DNA of 64,000 nt from Candidatus Hydrogenedentota bacterium (GCA_963745075.1 CAVUWV010000015.1:96001-160000); one strand, 5' to 3'; counted from the first letter of the stretch, positions 40,091 to 50,067 are shown. Made by a program: numbers and translations. The notes: a model not told the origin generated them from the letters alone.

Positions 40091-43000
40091 AGAACCTCCT
40101 CACCGCCATCGTCAGCAACAACGTATTCGCGAATGTCCTTCTCGCCATCATCATGGTCGTCGGCATACTGGCCGCGACCCGTCTCGTGCGTGAAAGCATG
40201 CCCCAATTCTCCATCGACCTCATCTTTGTGGAGGTCCCTTTTCCCGGCGCCGATCCCGAGGAGGTCGAGGAGGGCGTCTCCCAACGGATCGAAGCGGTCA
40301 TCGACGGTCTGGAAGGCGTAAAACGCTACACCACCGGCTCGTGGGAGGGGCGGGCAACGGTCCAGATCGAGGTTGCGGAGGGTTATGACGTTCGGGAGGT
40401 CAAGGACGAAGTCCAGAACGCTGTCGATTCGATCGCTACGTTTCCGGCGCGGGTCGAGCGGCCGCTGATATCGGAGATTAAGGATGAGGAGTTTGTAATT
40501 GCGCTGGCCTTGTACGGAGACGTGCCGGAGCGCCAGTTGAAAGAATGGGCGGAAGACGTGCGCGGCAAACTGCAACGAACCCACGGGATTTCTCTCGTGG
40601 AAGTAGGCGATACGCGCCCCTATGAGATCGCCATCGAAATCTCGAAGGAGAAGCTGCTCGAATACAACCTCACACTCGGCGAAGTTAGCGAAGCGGTCCT
40701 TCGCGGCAGCTTCAATCTCCCGGCCGGCACGATTCGCACCGAGGGCGAAGATATCCGGATTCGCATGATAGGGCGCAAATATACGGGGCGCGAATTTGGC
40801 GCAATCGTCATTCGCTCGTCCATGAATGGCGACTTGGTCACCTTGGACAAAATCGCCACCATCCGCGACGGTTTTGCGGAAGATCCCGCGTACGCCTCGT
40901 TTAATGGGCATCCAAGCGTGATTGTCGAAGTGACGAAAGCGCCCGGGGAAGACGCGCTGACCATTGCCAACGCTGTGAAGCGCTTCGCGATTCAACAAAG
41001 CAAGACGTTGCCGCCGCAACTGCACATCGAGCAGTGTTTCGACGATTCGGAGTTTGTGCGTGGGCAGTTGGAATTACTGGCCCGCAACGGCATTTTCGGA
41101 CTCATTCTGGTGGTGGGGATTCTCTGGTTCTTCCTCAATTCCCGTCTCAGTTTCTGGATCGCCATGGGGATTCCCATTTCGCTCAGCGGCGCGCTTATCC
41201 TGATGTGGGCGCTCGGCCAGACGATCAATCAAATTTCGCTCATCACCTTCATCATCGTGCTGGGAATCATTGTGGACGACGCGATCGTAGTCGGCGAGGC
41301 CATATTCGTGCATCGGCGGCAAGGTAAACCGGCGTTGGAAGCCGCCGTCGAAGGGGTTCGGGAAGTGGGTGCACCCGTGATTGCCGCGGTGCTGACCACG
41401 ATTGCCGCGTTCCTGCCCCTGGCCTTTGTCCCAGGTATCATGGGAAAAGTCATCGTCATCATGCCGATCGTCGTGATATCCGCGCTGCTGGTTTCGCTCG
41501 TGGAATGCTTGTTCTTACTGCCGGCCCACCTCAATCATCTTCCGCCGATCCTGCCCCACGACCGCCCGGCAACGACATGGAAGGAACGCGCGATGCGGTT
41601 CCACGAATTCACCGGCCGGATGCTGGAAGGGTTTGCCGAGCAGATGTACGCGCCGTTTGTGCGCCGCGTGGTTCATCACCGCTACGTCACGCTTTGTATT
41701 GCTCTGAGCGTCGTGCTGATGACGACCGGTCTGGTCGGCGGTGGAATCGTGCGCGTGGTGTTCTGGCCTCCGGTCGACGGCAACACCCTTCGCGCCACGG
41801 TCGAGTTTCCTTCGGGAACGCCATTCGGATTGACGCGCGACGCGGTGGAAGAGACCCGGGAAGCATTCGAACGCGTGGCCGCGCGCACAAAAACAGTCAG
41901 CGGCGAACCGCTGATACGGAACATCTACACGCAGGTATACCAGCGCACTCCCTACCTTGGCCGCGTCATCGTGGAGATGATCAATCCGTCGAAACGGGGC
42001 GTCCATTCCCAGGAGTTGGCCGCCGCGTGGGAACGAGAGGTCGGGCCCATACCCGGAGCGGTACAGCAATCCTTCGTCGAGGATCAGGTCGGGATGGATG
42101 GTCCGCCCATCGAGATTTGGCTGCAAGGTAAGGATCTCGACGCGTTGCGTGCGGCTGCCGACGAACTCAAGGCGAAGTTGCGCGAGTATGACGGCATATT
42201 CCAGGTGGCCGACGATTTCCGTTCGGGCAAGACCGAACTGCGCGTGCATCTCAAACCGGAAGCCCACACGCTCGGCCTGACGCTGGACCAGGTCGCCCAA
42301 CAGCTTTATGCAGGATACTACGGCGAAGAAGCCATTCGCATGCAACGGGGTCGCGACGACATGCGGGTCCGCGTGCGGTATCCCGAAGATGAGCGGCGGA
42401 CCTTGTCCGAACTGGAACGCATCCGGGTCCGGACGCCGCGCGGCATGGAAGTGCCCATTCTCTCCGTCGCCAAGGTGGAACTGGCGGAAGGGGTCTCGAA
42501 TATCAAAGGCAGTAACGGGCTGCGGCGCATCGCCGTCACGGCGGACGTGGACGTGACGCGCGCGAATTCAAGCGAAATTGTCGCCGAGTTGAGCGAAGGG
42601 TATTTGGATGATCTTACCACTCGGTACGGACAACTCACGTGGTCCGTCGAGGGCGTCGAAGAAAGCAATCAGGAAACCTTGGCCGGTCTGAAGGAAGGAT
42701 TCATAATCGCCCTGCTCGGCATCTACACGATCATGGCGACCATCTTTCGCTCGTACATTCAGCCGCTGGTGATTCTGGCGATCGTGCCCTTCGGCATGGT
42801 GGGCGCGGTGTTCGGTCACCTCGCGCTGGGGATTCCTGTGACTTTTCTGAGCCTCTTCGGTATCGTCGCGCTGGCGGGCGTGGTCGTGAACGACTCCATC
42901 GTGTTGACCGAGTGCGTAAACAACCTCCTGGCGGAAGGCGCTGTCTTCATGGATGCGGTTTGTATGGGCGGTGTGCGCCGGTTTCGCGCCATCTTCCTGA

Positions 43001-43284
43001 CCACCGCAAGCACCTGCATCGGCCTGACCCCGCTGATACTCGAACGCGATCTCCAGGCCCAGGTCGTCATCCCCATGGCCGTCTCCATCGCTGCCGGTGT
43101 GGCCTTTTCGACGCTGCTGACGCTGCTGTTGGTTCCCGCGATGCTGACCATCGTCAATGACCTGCGGCGTGCAATCCGCAAAGCCGCCACCGGCCACTGG
43201 CCCACGCCGGAAGAAGTGGAGCCCGGCTCCCGGCGCCCGGCCGCGCCGCTCGTACTGACCGAACCCGCGATAGCGGAATCGTAA
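40087..43284 (+). CDS. RND efflux transporter permease
   Basis: 1065 aa; FPGADPEEVE, GIIVDDAIVVGE, GVVVNDSIV, RFRAIFLT. Confidence 0.93.
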   Translation: MKNLLTAIVSNNVFANVLLAIIMVVGILAATRLVRESMPQFSIDLIFVEVPFPGADPEEVEEGVSQRIEAVIDGLEGVKRYTTGSWEGRATVQIEVAEGYDVREVKDEVQNAVDSIATFPARVERPLISEIKDEEFVIALALYGDVPERQLKEWAEDVRGKLQRTHGISLVEVGDTRPYEIAIEISKEKLLEYNLTLGEVSEAVLRGSFNLPAGTIRTEGEDIRIRMIGRKYTGREFGAIVIRSSMNGDLVTLDKIATIRDGFAEDPAYASFNGHPSVIVEVTKAPGEDALTIANAVKRFAIQQSKTLPPQLHIEQCFDDSEFVRGQLELLARNGIFGLILVVGILWFFLNSRLSFWIAMGIPISLSGALILMWALGQTINQISLITFIIVLGIIVDDAIVVGEAIFVHRRQGKPALEAAVEGVREVGAPVIAAVLTTIAAFLPLAFVPGIMGKVIVIMPIVVISALLVSLVECLFLLPAHLNHLPPILPHDRPATTWKERAMRFHEFTGRMLEGFAEQMYAPFVRRVVHHRYVTLCIALSVVLMTTGLVGGGIVRVVFWPPVDGNTLRATVEFPSGTPFGLTRDAVEETREAFERVAARTKTVSGEPLIRNIYTQVYQRTPYLGRVIVEMINPSKRGVHSQELAAAWEREVGPIPGAVQQSFVEDQVGMDGPPIEIWLQGKDLDALRAAADELKAKLREYDGIFQVADDFRSGKTELRVHLKPEAHTLGLTLDQVAQQLYAGYYGEEAIRMQRGRDDMRVRVRYPEDERRTLSELERIRVRTPRGMEVPILSVAKVELAEGVSNIKGSNGLRRIAVTADVDVTRANSSEIVAELSEGYLDDLTTRYGQLTWSVEGVEESNQETLAGLKEGFIIALLGIYTIMATIFRSYIQPLVILAIVPFGMVGAVFGHLALGIPVTFLSLFGIVALAGVVVNDSIVLTECVNNLLAEGAVFMDAVCMGGVRRFRAIFLTTASTCIGLTPLILERDLQAQVVIPMAVSIAAGVAFSTLLTLLLVPAMLTIVNDLRRAIRKAATGHWPTPEEVEPGSRRPAAPLVLTEPAIAES

Positions 43285-43416
43285 GGGACTGCATGGAGTA
43301 CGCGGGCTTGCATTCATTCTTGTCAGACGCATGCTCGGCAACGCGCCGAATGATGAGAAACGTCCCTTGCCGACAGAGGTAACGATAGCAGGGCCGATGA
43401 ATTCCGGTTGACGCAG

Positions 43417-43501
43417 GTGACGTTAGTGACGCTTCTAACCACTTTTACCCACATATAGCGATTCATTCAATACTTCTTGAATTTGACGTCACTAAGGTCA
43501 C
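43417..43501. repeat. Inverted repeat flanking an AT-rich core
   Basis: GTGACGTTAGTGACG / CGTCACTAAGGTCAC (14 of 15 match). Confidence 0.7.
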
Positions 43502-43731
43502 TACGAAATCAGTTCAAATCTGCATAGGGCACGCAATTCTATAAGCTTAACCGCAAGTGAAAGATGCTCCTGAGAAGGTAGTTGCGAGGAGGAAATGGCG
43601 CCACCCGCCAAAAAGGCGGTCGCAGTGCGGTATTCCCCGCACGCCGGGCCGGAGCGGATGACGAAGACGAGATTTCGCGCCCGAATCGCCGGACGGACAA
43701 GTTATCGTGGGACGCTGGAAGGCAAAGTGCG

Positions 43732-43899
43732 TCAGAGGATTACGTAGGAGTAGATCCTGCCATCCTTGACGGCGTCCTTGCAGTCGCTCTGCTCGCTGTC
43801 GGGAACGGTGTTTTTGCAGCCGCTCTTGCTGTCGATTTCGATGACGAATATGGCGGACGCCGGTAAGGAACTCTTGGACAGACGCTTGACGTGTTTCAT
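43732..43899 (-). CDS. 55-aa small protein, precursor-peptide-like
   Basis: MKHVKRLSKSSLPASAIFVIEIDSKSGCKNTVPDSEQSDCKDAVKDGRIYSYVIL; SD AGGAGG 9 nt upstream; TGC-TATAGT extended -10. Confidence 0.7.
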   Translation of the reverse strand: MKHVKRLSKSSLPASAIFVIEIDSKSGCKNTVPDSEQSDCKDAVKDGRIYSYVIL

Positions 43900-44034
43900 A
43901 ACCCTATCCCTCCTGATGTGGCCTGCAACAATGAATGGCACTATAGCAGAGAAACAGGTATTTGGAAAGCAGGATTCAATCGGCGGTGCGGCCGTACCGC
44001 AATGAACGGTTGCGGGCACCGCCGATTGCCATAT

Positions 44035-44339
44035 TCAGGCCACTTCTTGCCGAGTTCATCCAATCCGGCTCTCGCGAAGTCGTCGGGCGTCATGACCGGC
44101 TTGACCTCGATATCGGCTTGAAAGATCAGCATCCACGGCTCGACCAGCGCGGGCAATTTCGAGGCGTCCGGCAGGTCAACGATCATTACCGCGCCGCGCT
44201 GGTTACCCTGCTCGGTGAAATACACGGCCTCCGGTTTGGTCGCTTCCACGATCTGATTCATTTTGGTGCCCGCCGTGCCGTTCTTCACGAGTGCGTTGAA
44301 TACATCGTGCGGGAAACTGAGGTTGAGTAGCATTCTCAT
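44035..44339 (-). CDS. Small GYD/DUF3303-like protein; probable 1-bp deletion at its stop (the ORF track reads through to 43941)
   Basis: KPEAVYFTE..G.RGA...DASKLPALVEPW...VMTPDD...GKKW; one extra base would give TGG GCC TGA. Confidence 0.65.
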
Positions 44340-44808
44340 ATCGTGTGCCTTTCTTGGTTCTGTTGTCGGTCATTCATCGAACCGATCACGTCCGCAGGTA
44401 TGGCCCGTGCCCGAAATGCACGGGTCGTGCTGCGTGTACATAACGAGTAAAGACAGGCGGTCTTCGTAGAGCCTTGGAAGGGTTCTTGACGTGTGGTGAC
44501 CGTCGTGTGTGCCTTGCAAGCTCCGCGACGATATATCACGGATTCGGAGATTTGCAAATCCGATTTTCGGCGCGGAGAAGACCGCCTGACCAGCGGCGAA
44601 GAGACTCGTTTTGGACCATGTAGCGACTGCGCTGTGCCGGGTTTTCGCGCTCGGAGTGCAATCTACCCTTGCTTGTTGGGGTATTTAAGTAACGTCCTGA
44701 ACTTCATCGATTTCTTTGTGTCGAGACCGGCATGGTATCGTTCCTCAATGGAGAAAATGAACCCGTGTCGGGAACGCTTCCGGCACGGTAGCCGGAGGAG
44801 TCCCTACC

Positions 44809-47277
44809 GTGAAACGTAGCTGCTTGTTCTCGGACCGTGGTTCGAATAGTTTGCGGCGTCTTTCTCGATATCCCTGGTCGCAATTGTTGCTTCTCTTAAT
44901 TCCAGCCATGCTTGCACACGGAAACGAACTCGAATCGAACACGTTGGCTCTGCACAACGCTTCGGTTGTTATTGCGGCGACGAGCAGTCCACGGGTGCAA
45001 CAGGCTGCCACGATGTTGGTGGAAGAGGTTGAGAAACGGACCACGATACGATGGCAGGTCACCAACGCGTGGCCCCAGGACGGACGTCCCGTCGTCGCGA
45101 TTGGATTGCAGGATTCCGTTCAAGATTTCGCCGGCCCGTGGGAACAAACCCTCGCAAAGACCTCCCAAATTGGCGCGGAGGGATACCATCTCCAAGTTTT
45201 TTCGGATGAGCAAGCGTCCGGTGTTGCGGTGGTTGGAAACGACGAACGTGGCGTGTTGTTTGGAGTCGGCCGCCTGCTCCGTGACCTGCATATGGGCAAG
45301 CGATCGGTCTGGCTTGAACGCGGTCTCAACGTCGTGACCGCCCCCAAGTATCCGTTGCGAGGCCACCAGCTGGGGTACCGGCCCAAGGTGAATACGTACG
45401 ACGGTTGGACGCCGGGCATGTTCGAGCAGTACATCCGCGACCTTGCGGTGTTCGGCACCAACGCGATCGAGATGATTCCCCCGCGCAGCGATGATGCGCC
45501 GGACAGCCCCCATTTCCCCCTTCCGCAGATTGACATGATGGAGGAGGTTTCCGGAATCGCGGACCGGTATGGAATCGACGTTTGGATTTGGTATCCGGCG
45601 ATGGACAGGGATTATTCGGATCCCGAAACCGTCGAATTTGCGCTGAAGGAATGGGGAGATGTGTTTGCACGGCTTCCCCGTATCGATGCGGTTTTCGTGC
45701 CGGGCGGCGATCCCGGCCATACGCAGCCCAAGTATTTGATGGCGCTATTGGAAAAGCAGACCGAAGTGCTTCATCGCACGCATCCCAACGCGCAGATGTG
45801 GATGTCGCCGCAAAGTTTTACCGCGGCCTGGATGGACGAATTCATCGAGTACATGCAGCGGGAACAACCAGCGTGGCTTTCGGGCATCGTCTTCGGGCCG
45901 CAGAATCGACTCAGTCTGCCGGAACTTCGCAAGCTCATACCGGCGCAATACCCGATCCGTCGGTACCCGGACATCACGCACAGCATCCGGTGCCAGTATC
46001 CGGTCCCGGACTGGGACGTGGCGTACGCTATTACGGAAGAGCGCGAAGTCATCAACCCTCGGCCCACCCATTACGCGCAGATTTTCCGGTTGTGGGATGA
46101 CGATGCCGTGGGATTTCTCACCTATTCCGAGGGCGTGAACGATGATGTCAACAAGATCGTGTGGAGCGGTCTCGGCTGGGATCCCGAAACGCCGGTAATC
46201 GATATCCTTCGCGATTACGGACGGTACTTTATTGGAGACGCATACGCGGACGAATACGCCGAGCTGCTCCTTGCCCTGGAGCGGAATTGGCAAGGGCCAC
46301 TGCTTGCAAACGCGGGCGTCATGACGACCCTGCAGCAGGTGGAGGAGTTGGAGCGTAAGGTGCCGCCGCAGCTGCTGCTGAACTGGCGCTTCCAGCAAAC
46401 GCGGTATCGGGCCTATTACGACGCCTACCTGCGCACGCGGCTCATCTACGAGACCAATCTCGAAGAGCGCGCGATGGACGTGTTGCGGCAGGCCGAGCGA
46501 ATCGGCGCCGACCTCGCCGTTCGAGAAGCGGAGTCCATCCTTGATAAGGCGCAAACCGATCCCGTTGGACAGGACCTTCGCGGCCGGGTATCCGACATGG
46601 CGGAAGCCTTGTACCAGAGTATCCGCATGCAACTCAGCGTGCCCCGGTACCGGGCGATCGATGCGGGACGGGGCGCGAACTTCGACCTGATCGACCGGTC
46701 GTTGAACGACCGGCTGTGGCTGCTGGATCGATTCGCCGAAATTCGCGCGTTGCCGTCGGAACGCGATCGCCTGGCAAAAATCCGTGAGATCGTGAATTGG
46801 ACCAACCCGGGGCCCGGTGGGTTCTACGATGACTTGGGCGATCCGTCACAGCAGCCGCATCTGGTGCGGCCCTACCTGCCCGATACGGATCCCGAAACCC
46901 GGAAGTCGCCGCTCGTGGCCTTCGCGTATCGGAACGGCTATCGGATGTCATGGGTGCGCAACGCGGAAACCCGATTCGAGGACGGTCTTCGTATGCGGTA
47001 CACGGACCTGGATCCCGCCGCACAGTACAAAGTGCGGGCCGTGTACGCCGGCGACAAGCTCAATGCCAAGCTTCGACTGTACGCCAACGAACAAATCGCA
47101 ATTCACCCTTATCTCAAGAAACCGGTGCCGCTTCAACCGGTCGAATTCGATATTCCAAAAGAGGCCACTGCGTCGGGAGAACTCACGCTGACCTGGTACC
47201 AGGAACCGGGCAGTGGCAGTGCGGGCCGCGGTTGCCAGGTCGCCGAAGTGTGGCTGGTCCGAATGGACAATCCGTAG
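44809..47277 (+). CDS. Secreted glycoside-hydrolase-like protein (GH67/GH20 domain-2-like N-terminus)
   Basis: Signal peptide, AEGY.L, GNDERGVLFGVGRLLR, P..PLRGHQLGYRPK, VFVPGGDPG. Confidence 0.7.
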   Translation: MKRSCLFSDRGSNSLRRLSRYPWSQLLLLLIPAMLAHGNELESNTLALHNASVVIAATSSPRVQQAATMLVEEVEKRTTIRWQVTNAWPQDGRPVVAIGLQDSVQDFAGPWEQTLAKTSQIGAEGYHLQVFSDEQASGVAVVGNDERGVLFGVGRLLRDLHMGKRSVWLERGLNVVTAPKYPLRGHQLGYRPKVNTYDGWTPGMFEQYIRDLAVFGTNAIEMIPPRSDDAPDSPHFPLPQIDMMEEVSGIADRYGIDVWIWYPAMDRDYSDPETVEFALKEWGDVFARLPRIDAVFVPGGDPGHTQPKYLMALLEKQTEVLHRTHPNAQMWMSPQSFTAAWMDEFIEYMQREQPAWLSGIVFGPQNRLSLPELRKLIPAQYPIRRYPDITHSIRCQYPVPDWDVAYAITEEREVINPRPTHYAQIFRLWDDDAVGFLTYSEGVNDDVNKIVWSGLGWDPETPVIDILRDYGRYFIGDAYADEYAELLLALERNWQGPLLANAGVMTTLQQVEELERKVPPQLLLNWRFQQTRYRAYYDAYLRTRLIYETNLEERAMDVLRQAERIGADLAVREAESILDKAQTDPVGQDLRGRVSDMAEALYQSIRMQLSVPRYRAIDAGRGANFDLIDRSLNDRLWLLDRFAEIRALPSERDRLAKIREIVNWTNPGPGGFYDDLGDPSQQPHLVRPYLPDTDPETRKSPLVAFAYRNGYRMSWVRNAETRFEDGLRMRYTDLDPAAQYKVRAVYAGDKLNAKLRLYANEQIAIHPYLKKPVPLQPVEFDIPKEATASGELTLTWYQEPGSGSAGRGCQVAEVWLVRMDNP

Positions 47278-47320
47278 ACGGTATCGTCGTTGCACGTCCA
47301 GCCTGCGGTTTCCGAAGTCG

Positions 47321-47630
47321 GGGGGTGCGATTGTCTCTTTTTTTTGACGAAACAAGGGGGGGGTGTGCAGGGGGTGGGGCACGAAGGGTGTAGTTTGTCA
47401 CGAGCGGCGTTCTCCTTATAAATGTCCATCGGGTAAAAGGTTGCACGGGATTTGGGCAAGACATGATAGTCCGGATGCCGTGGGGGGGGTGTGGTTGTTT
47501 TTTTGACGAAACAAGGGGGGTGTGCGGGGGGTGGTCCATGCGCTTGCGAGGATAGCGGGCGCGTAGGGTGTTGCTTGTCATGGGCAGCATTCTCCTTATT
47601 GATATAGGCCGGAGCGTTGCATTGGGATCA
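47321..47630. repeat. Two diverged tandem G-rich units of ~160-180 bp
   Basis: TTTTTTGACGAAACAAGGGGGG(GG)TGTGC.GGGGGTGG and TTGTCA.G.GC.GC.TTCTCCTTAT each occur twice. Confidence 0.75.
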
Positions 47631-47830
47631 GGCTGGAGTCCGGAGGAAGAGAGGCTGGAGGGGGAGGGGGATGAACCCTCCGAAGGGGGAACGGGTGAGA
47701 CGTTCCTCCCGGTTTCCGCAAAGCCCGCATTTCTCAATCCGCAATCCGAGGTCCGCATTCCGCAATCGATACGTCCGCAGATGCCGCAGATTCGCGCAGA
47801 TGAAGACGGCAAAACATCATCTTCGCATCT

Positions 47831-47974
47831 CAGGACTGAAAGTCCGTCACAGCCCTAGCCCGGGGCAAAGTGAAGCGGCGCCCTGGGAATCGGGTCAACC
47901 CCGAATGTGAGCGCTGAAGGTGCGGGACAAAGGCATCTTATGAACCACAGATTGACACGGATGCACACCGATTG
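47831..47974 (+). repeat. ~145-bp structured direct repeat, copy A
   Basis: CAGGACTGAAAGTCCG...CCCTAGCCC.GGGC...AGCGCTGAAGGTGCGGGAC.AAGGCATCTTA.GAACCA..GATT.ACACGGAT.CACACCGATTG. Confidence 0.9.
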
Positions 47975-48207
47975 GGACCCGCGTCCCGCGGTGGCACGGC
48001 GGTAGAGCGGAATCAGCAGCCGTCTGGTCACGCACCATGCGATCAGCCCGACGGCGAGAACGCAAAAGAAGAGGAGGGAAAGGACTTCGACAAACGCACC
48101 GAAGCTGCCGTCACTGACCCACTCGCACGACTTGGAAATGCCCGGGAGACTCGACCAGGGAACACGAAGCAGTAGACGCGGCCACTCAGAGTTTGCCCCT
48201 GAATGAA

Positions 48208-48431
48208 TCAGAGAAGATGATTGAATTCGTCGACAGTTAGCCCGGCTTGTCGAACAATCGCCGCAACGTTCCCTTTGCGACCTCGGTGTGGTCCGGGATA
48301 GTCAATCGCCGATGGGGCGGTTTGGTCTGCCGTATAACGATGTGGCTTCCGCGCTGAGGGTCGAATTCGTAGCCGATGGCCGCCAATGCTTTCACGACTT
48401 CACGCCCGGACACCCGTGGAAGTCGGCTCAC
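48208..48431 (-). CDS. hicA: HicA family toxin, with a 1-bp frameshift near 48261
   Basis: LPRVSGREVVKAL...QRGSHI...TIPDH.EVAKGTL; adding one G restores RAIVRQAGLTVDEFNHLL*. Confidence 0.85.
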
Positions 48432-48649
48432 AGATTAACCTCGACGACCTCCTCGGAGATCGATGGCGGAACCGGATCGCCATGCGCGGCCAGGCTCTCG
48501 AGGTACGCTTCGATGGCCTCCCTGACGTTGTCGAGCGCTTCGGCGCGAGTCGGCCCCTGCGATAGGCAACCGGGAAGCGCGGGTACCTCCGCGACATAGA
48601 CCCCGTCTTCATCCTGTTCGATCAGAACGCGATACCGCACCGTGCGCAC
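48428..48649 (-). CDS. hicB: HicB family antitoxin (short form)
   Basis: DEDGVYVAEVPALPGCLSQG.TRAEALDNVREAI; GTGA overlap with hicA. Confidence 0.92.
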   Translation of the reverse strand: MRTVRYRVLIEQDEDGVYVAEVPALPGCLSQGPTRAEALDNVREAIEAYLESLAAHGDPVPPSISEEVVEVNL

Positions 48650-48820
48650 CTCCTATCATTGTCGGCCCAACCGGCGAAACGAACTATGTATGACCTAACG
48701 ATACCACAGATTCACGAATTGACGAACCGCATCCAATCGAACTCCACCCTTCGTCCACGATCGTCCGCAGATGACGCGAATCCACGCAGATGAAGAAGAC
48801 AGGACGGCGTCCCGGTATCT

Positions 48821-48971
48821 CAGGACTGAAAGTCCGCCGCAACCCTAGCCCAGGGCAGACCACGCCCGCGGCGTGGCCTGGGGATCCGGACACATCATTC
48901 TGGAAGCGCTGAAGGTGCGGGACCAAGGCATCTTACGAACCACAGATTCACACGGATTCACACCGATTGAG
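48821..48971 (+). repeat. ~145-bp structured direct repeat, copy B
   Basis: Same conserved blocks as copy A; similarity to copy A extends upstream (CGTCCGCAGATG..GCAGATGAAGA). Confidence 0.9.
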
Positions 48972-48979
48972 GACCGTTG

Positions 48980-49064
48980 CCGTCATCCTGAGCGCCAGCG
49001 AAGGATCTCTGATCAGTTGGGCGTCGGCGTGATGAGATCCTTCGCTCCTCGCTCAGGATGACGG
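48980..49064. repeat. Long REP-like palindrome
   Basis: CCGTCATCCTGAGCG...AGCGAAGGATCTC / GAGATCCTTCGCT...CGCTCAGGATGACGG. Confidence 0.85.
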
Positions 49065-49326
49065 TGAGCCTATCTCCTCGGCGGGGGGGAGGTCGAACGG
49101 AGTCTCGGACCACACCGATAGGTCCATACTCATTCTGTTTCGACCCTCCTGTGAAGTGCACCCGATGGTCAAGACCCGGCATCCCCGAATTCGGACCACG
49201 GGGTCACGGGGAACACGGGGATGAAGAACGGAGGCACCCGTCTCGGTAACGTGAGCGCAACGCGAGACTCGATAACGGAACATGGAGCGACTGGGTCTGT
49301 AATTCGTAGTCCCTGATTTTCCCCGC

Positions 49327-49471
49327 CAGGACTGAAAGTCCGCCGCGACCCTAGCCCAGGGCAAAGCGAAGCGGCGCCCTGGGAATCCGGGCACACCATT
49401 ATGGAAGCGCTGAAGGTGCGGGACCAAGGCATCTTATGAACCATGGATTGACACGGATTCACACCGATTGA
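49327..49471 (+). repeat. ~145-bp structured direct repeat, copy C
   Basis: Same conserved blocks as copies A and B. Confidence 0.9.
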
Positions 49472-50067
49472 AGCTGCGCCCAACAATAAGGCGGAAATTC
49501 GTAGATGTCCGTGTATTTCCAAGGAAGGGATTCCCGATGCCCCCGTAGTCTGTTTCGGGCGCGGCGGCTCTCCCAAACGCAACCATGGGACCCACGCCGT
49601 CCGCGTGGTATCTGCACAGGGATGTCTGGTTGCGAGAACTCCTCTCGTCAGCAAAAGGGAGAATCACGCCAGCGGCGTGATGCGTGAAACCAACCCACGG
49701 ACCGCGAAAGGTGGGGACTGCCCAAACGACGCCGGCCCGGTCGTACCGCGCTGCCTCCGACGAGTTAACCGCAAGCTACCCATTCTCGGCACCGCACTAC
49801 GCCCAAGCCGCCTAAGTCTCCGCCCAACAATCAGCTACCTCTTGGCCCCAAAGACGCCCAACCGACGGAATGGCAAAGACTCAGATCACATCATGGCCAG
49901 ATCTAGCTTACAAACTTGGAACACCTTGTAGCACATAGACTTAGAAGCAGGTATTATCTGGTATTGGTGAGGAACTTCGTAGATGAACCGTATCATACCG
50001 TTTTCCAAGATCCGCTGCAATCCGACTTGACGTTTGTGGCGACGGAGCAGAAGGAGGTCAAAAGAAC

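Noticed and set aside
47772..49471. CRISPR array
   Set aside because: Repeats are ~145 bp with irregular 350-850 bp spacers containing genes, and no cas genes are present.
48660..49865. Bona fide integron with attC sites
   Set aside because: Only isolated GTTRRRY/RYYYAAC heptamers; no paired R''-L''-L'-R' structure or intI could be established.
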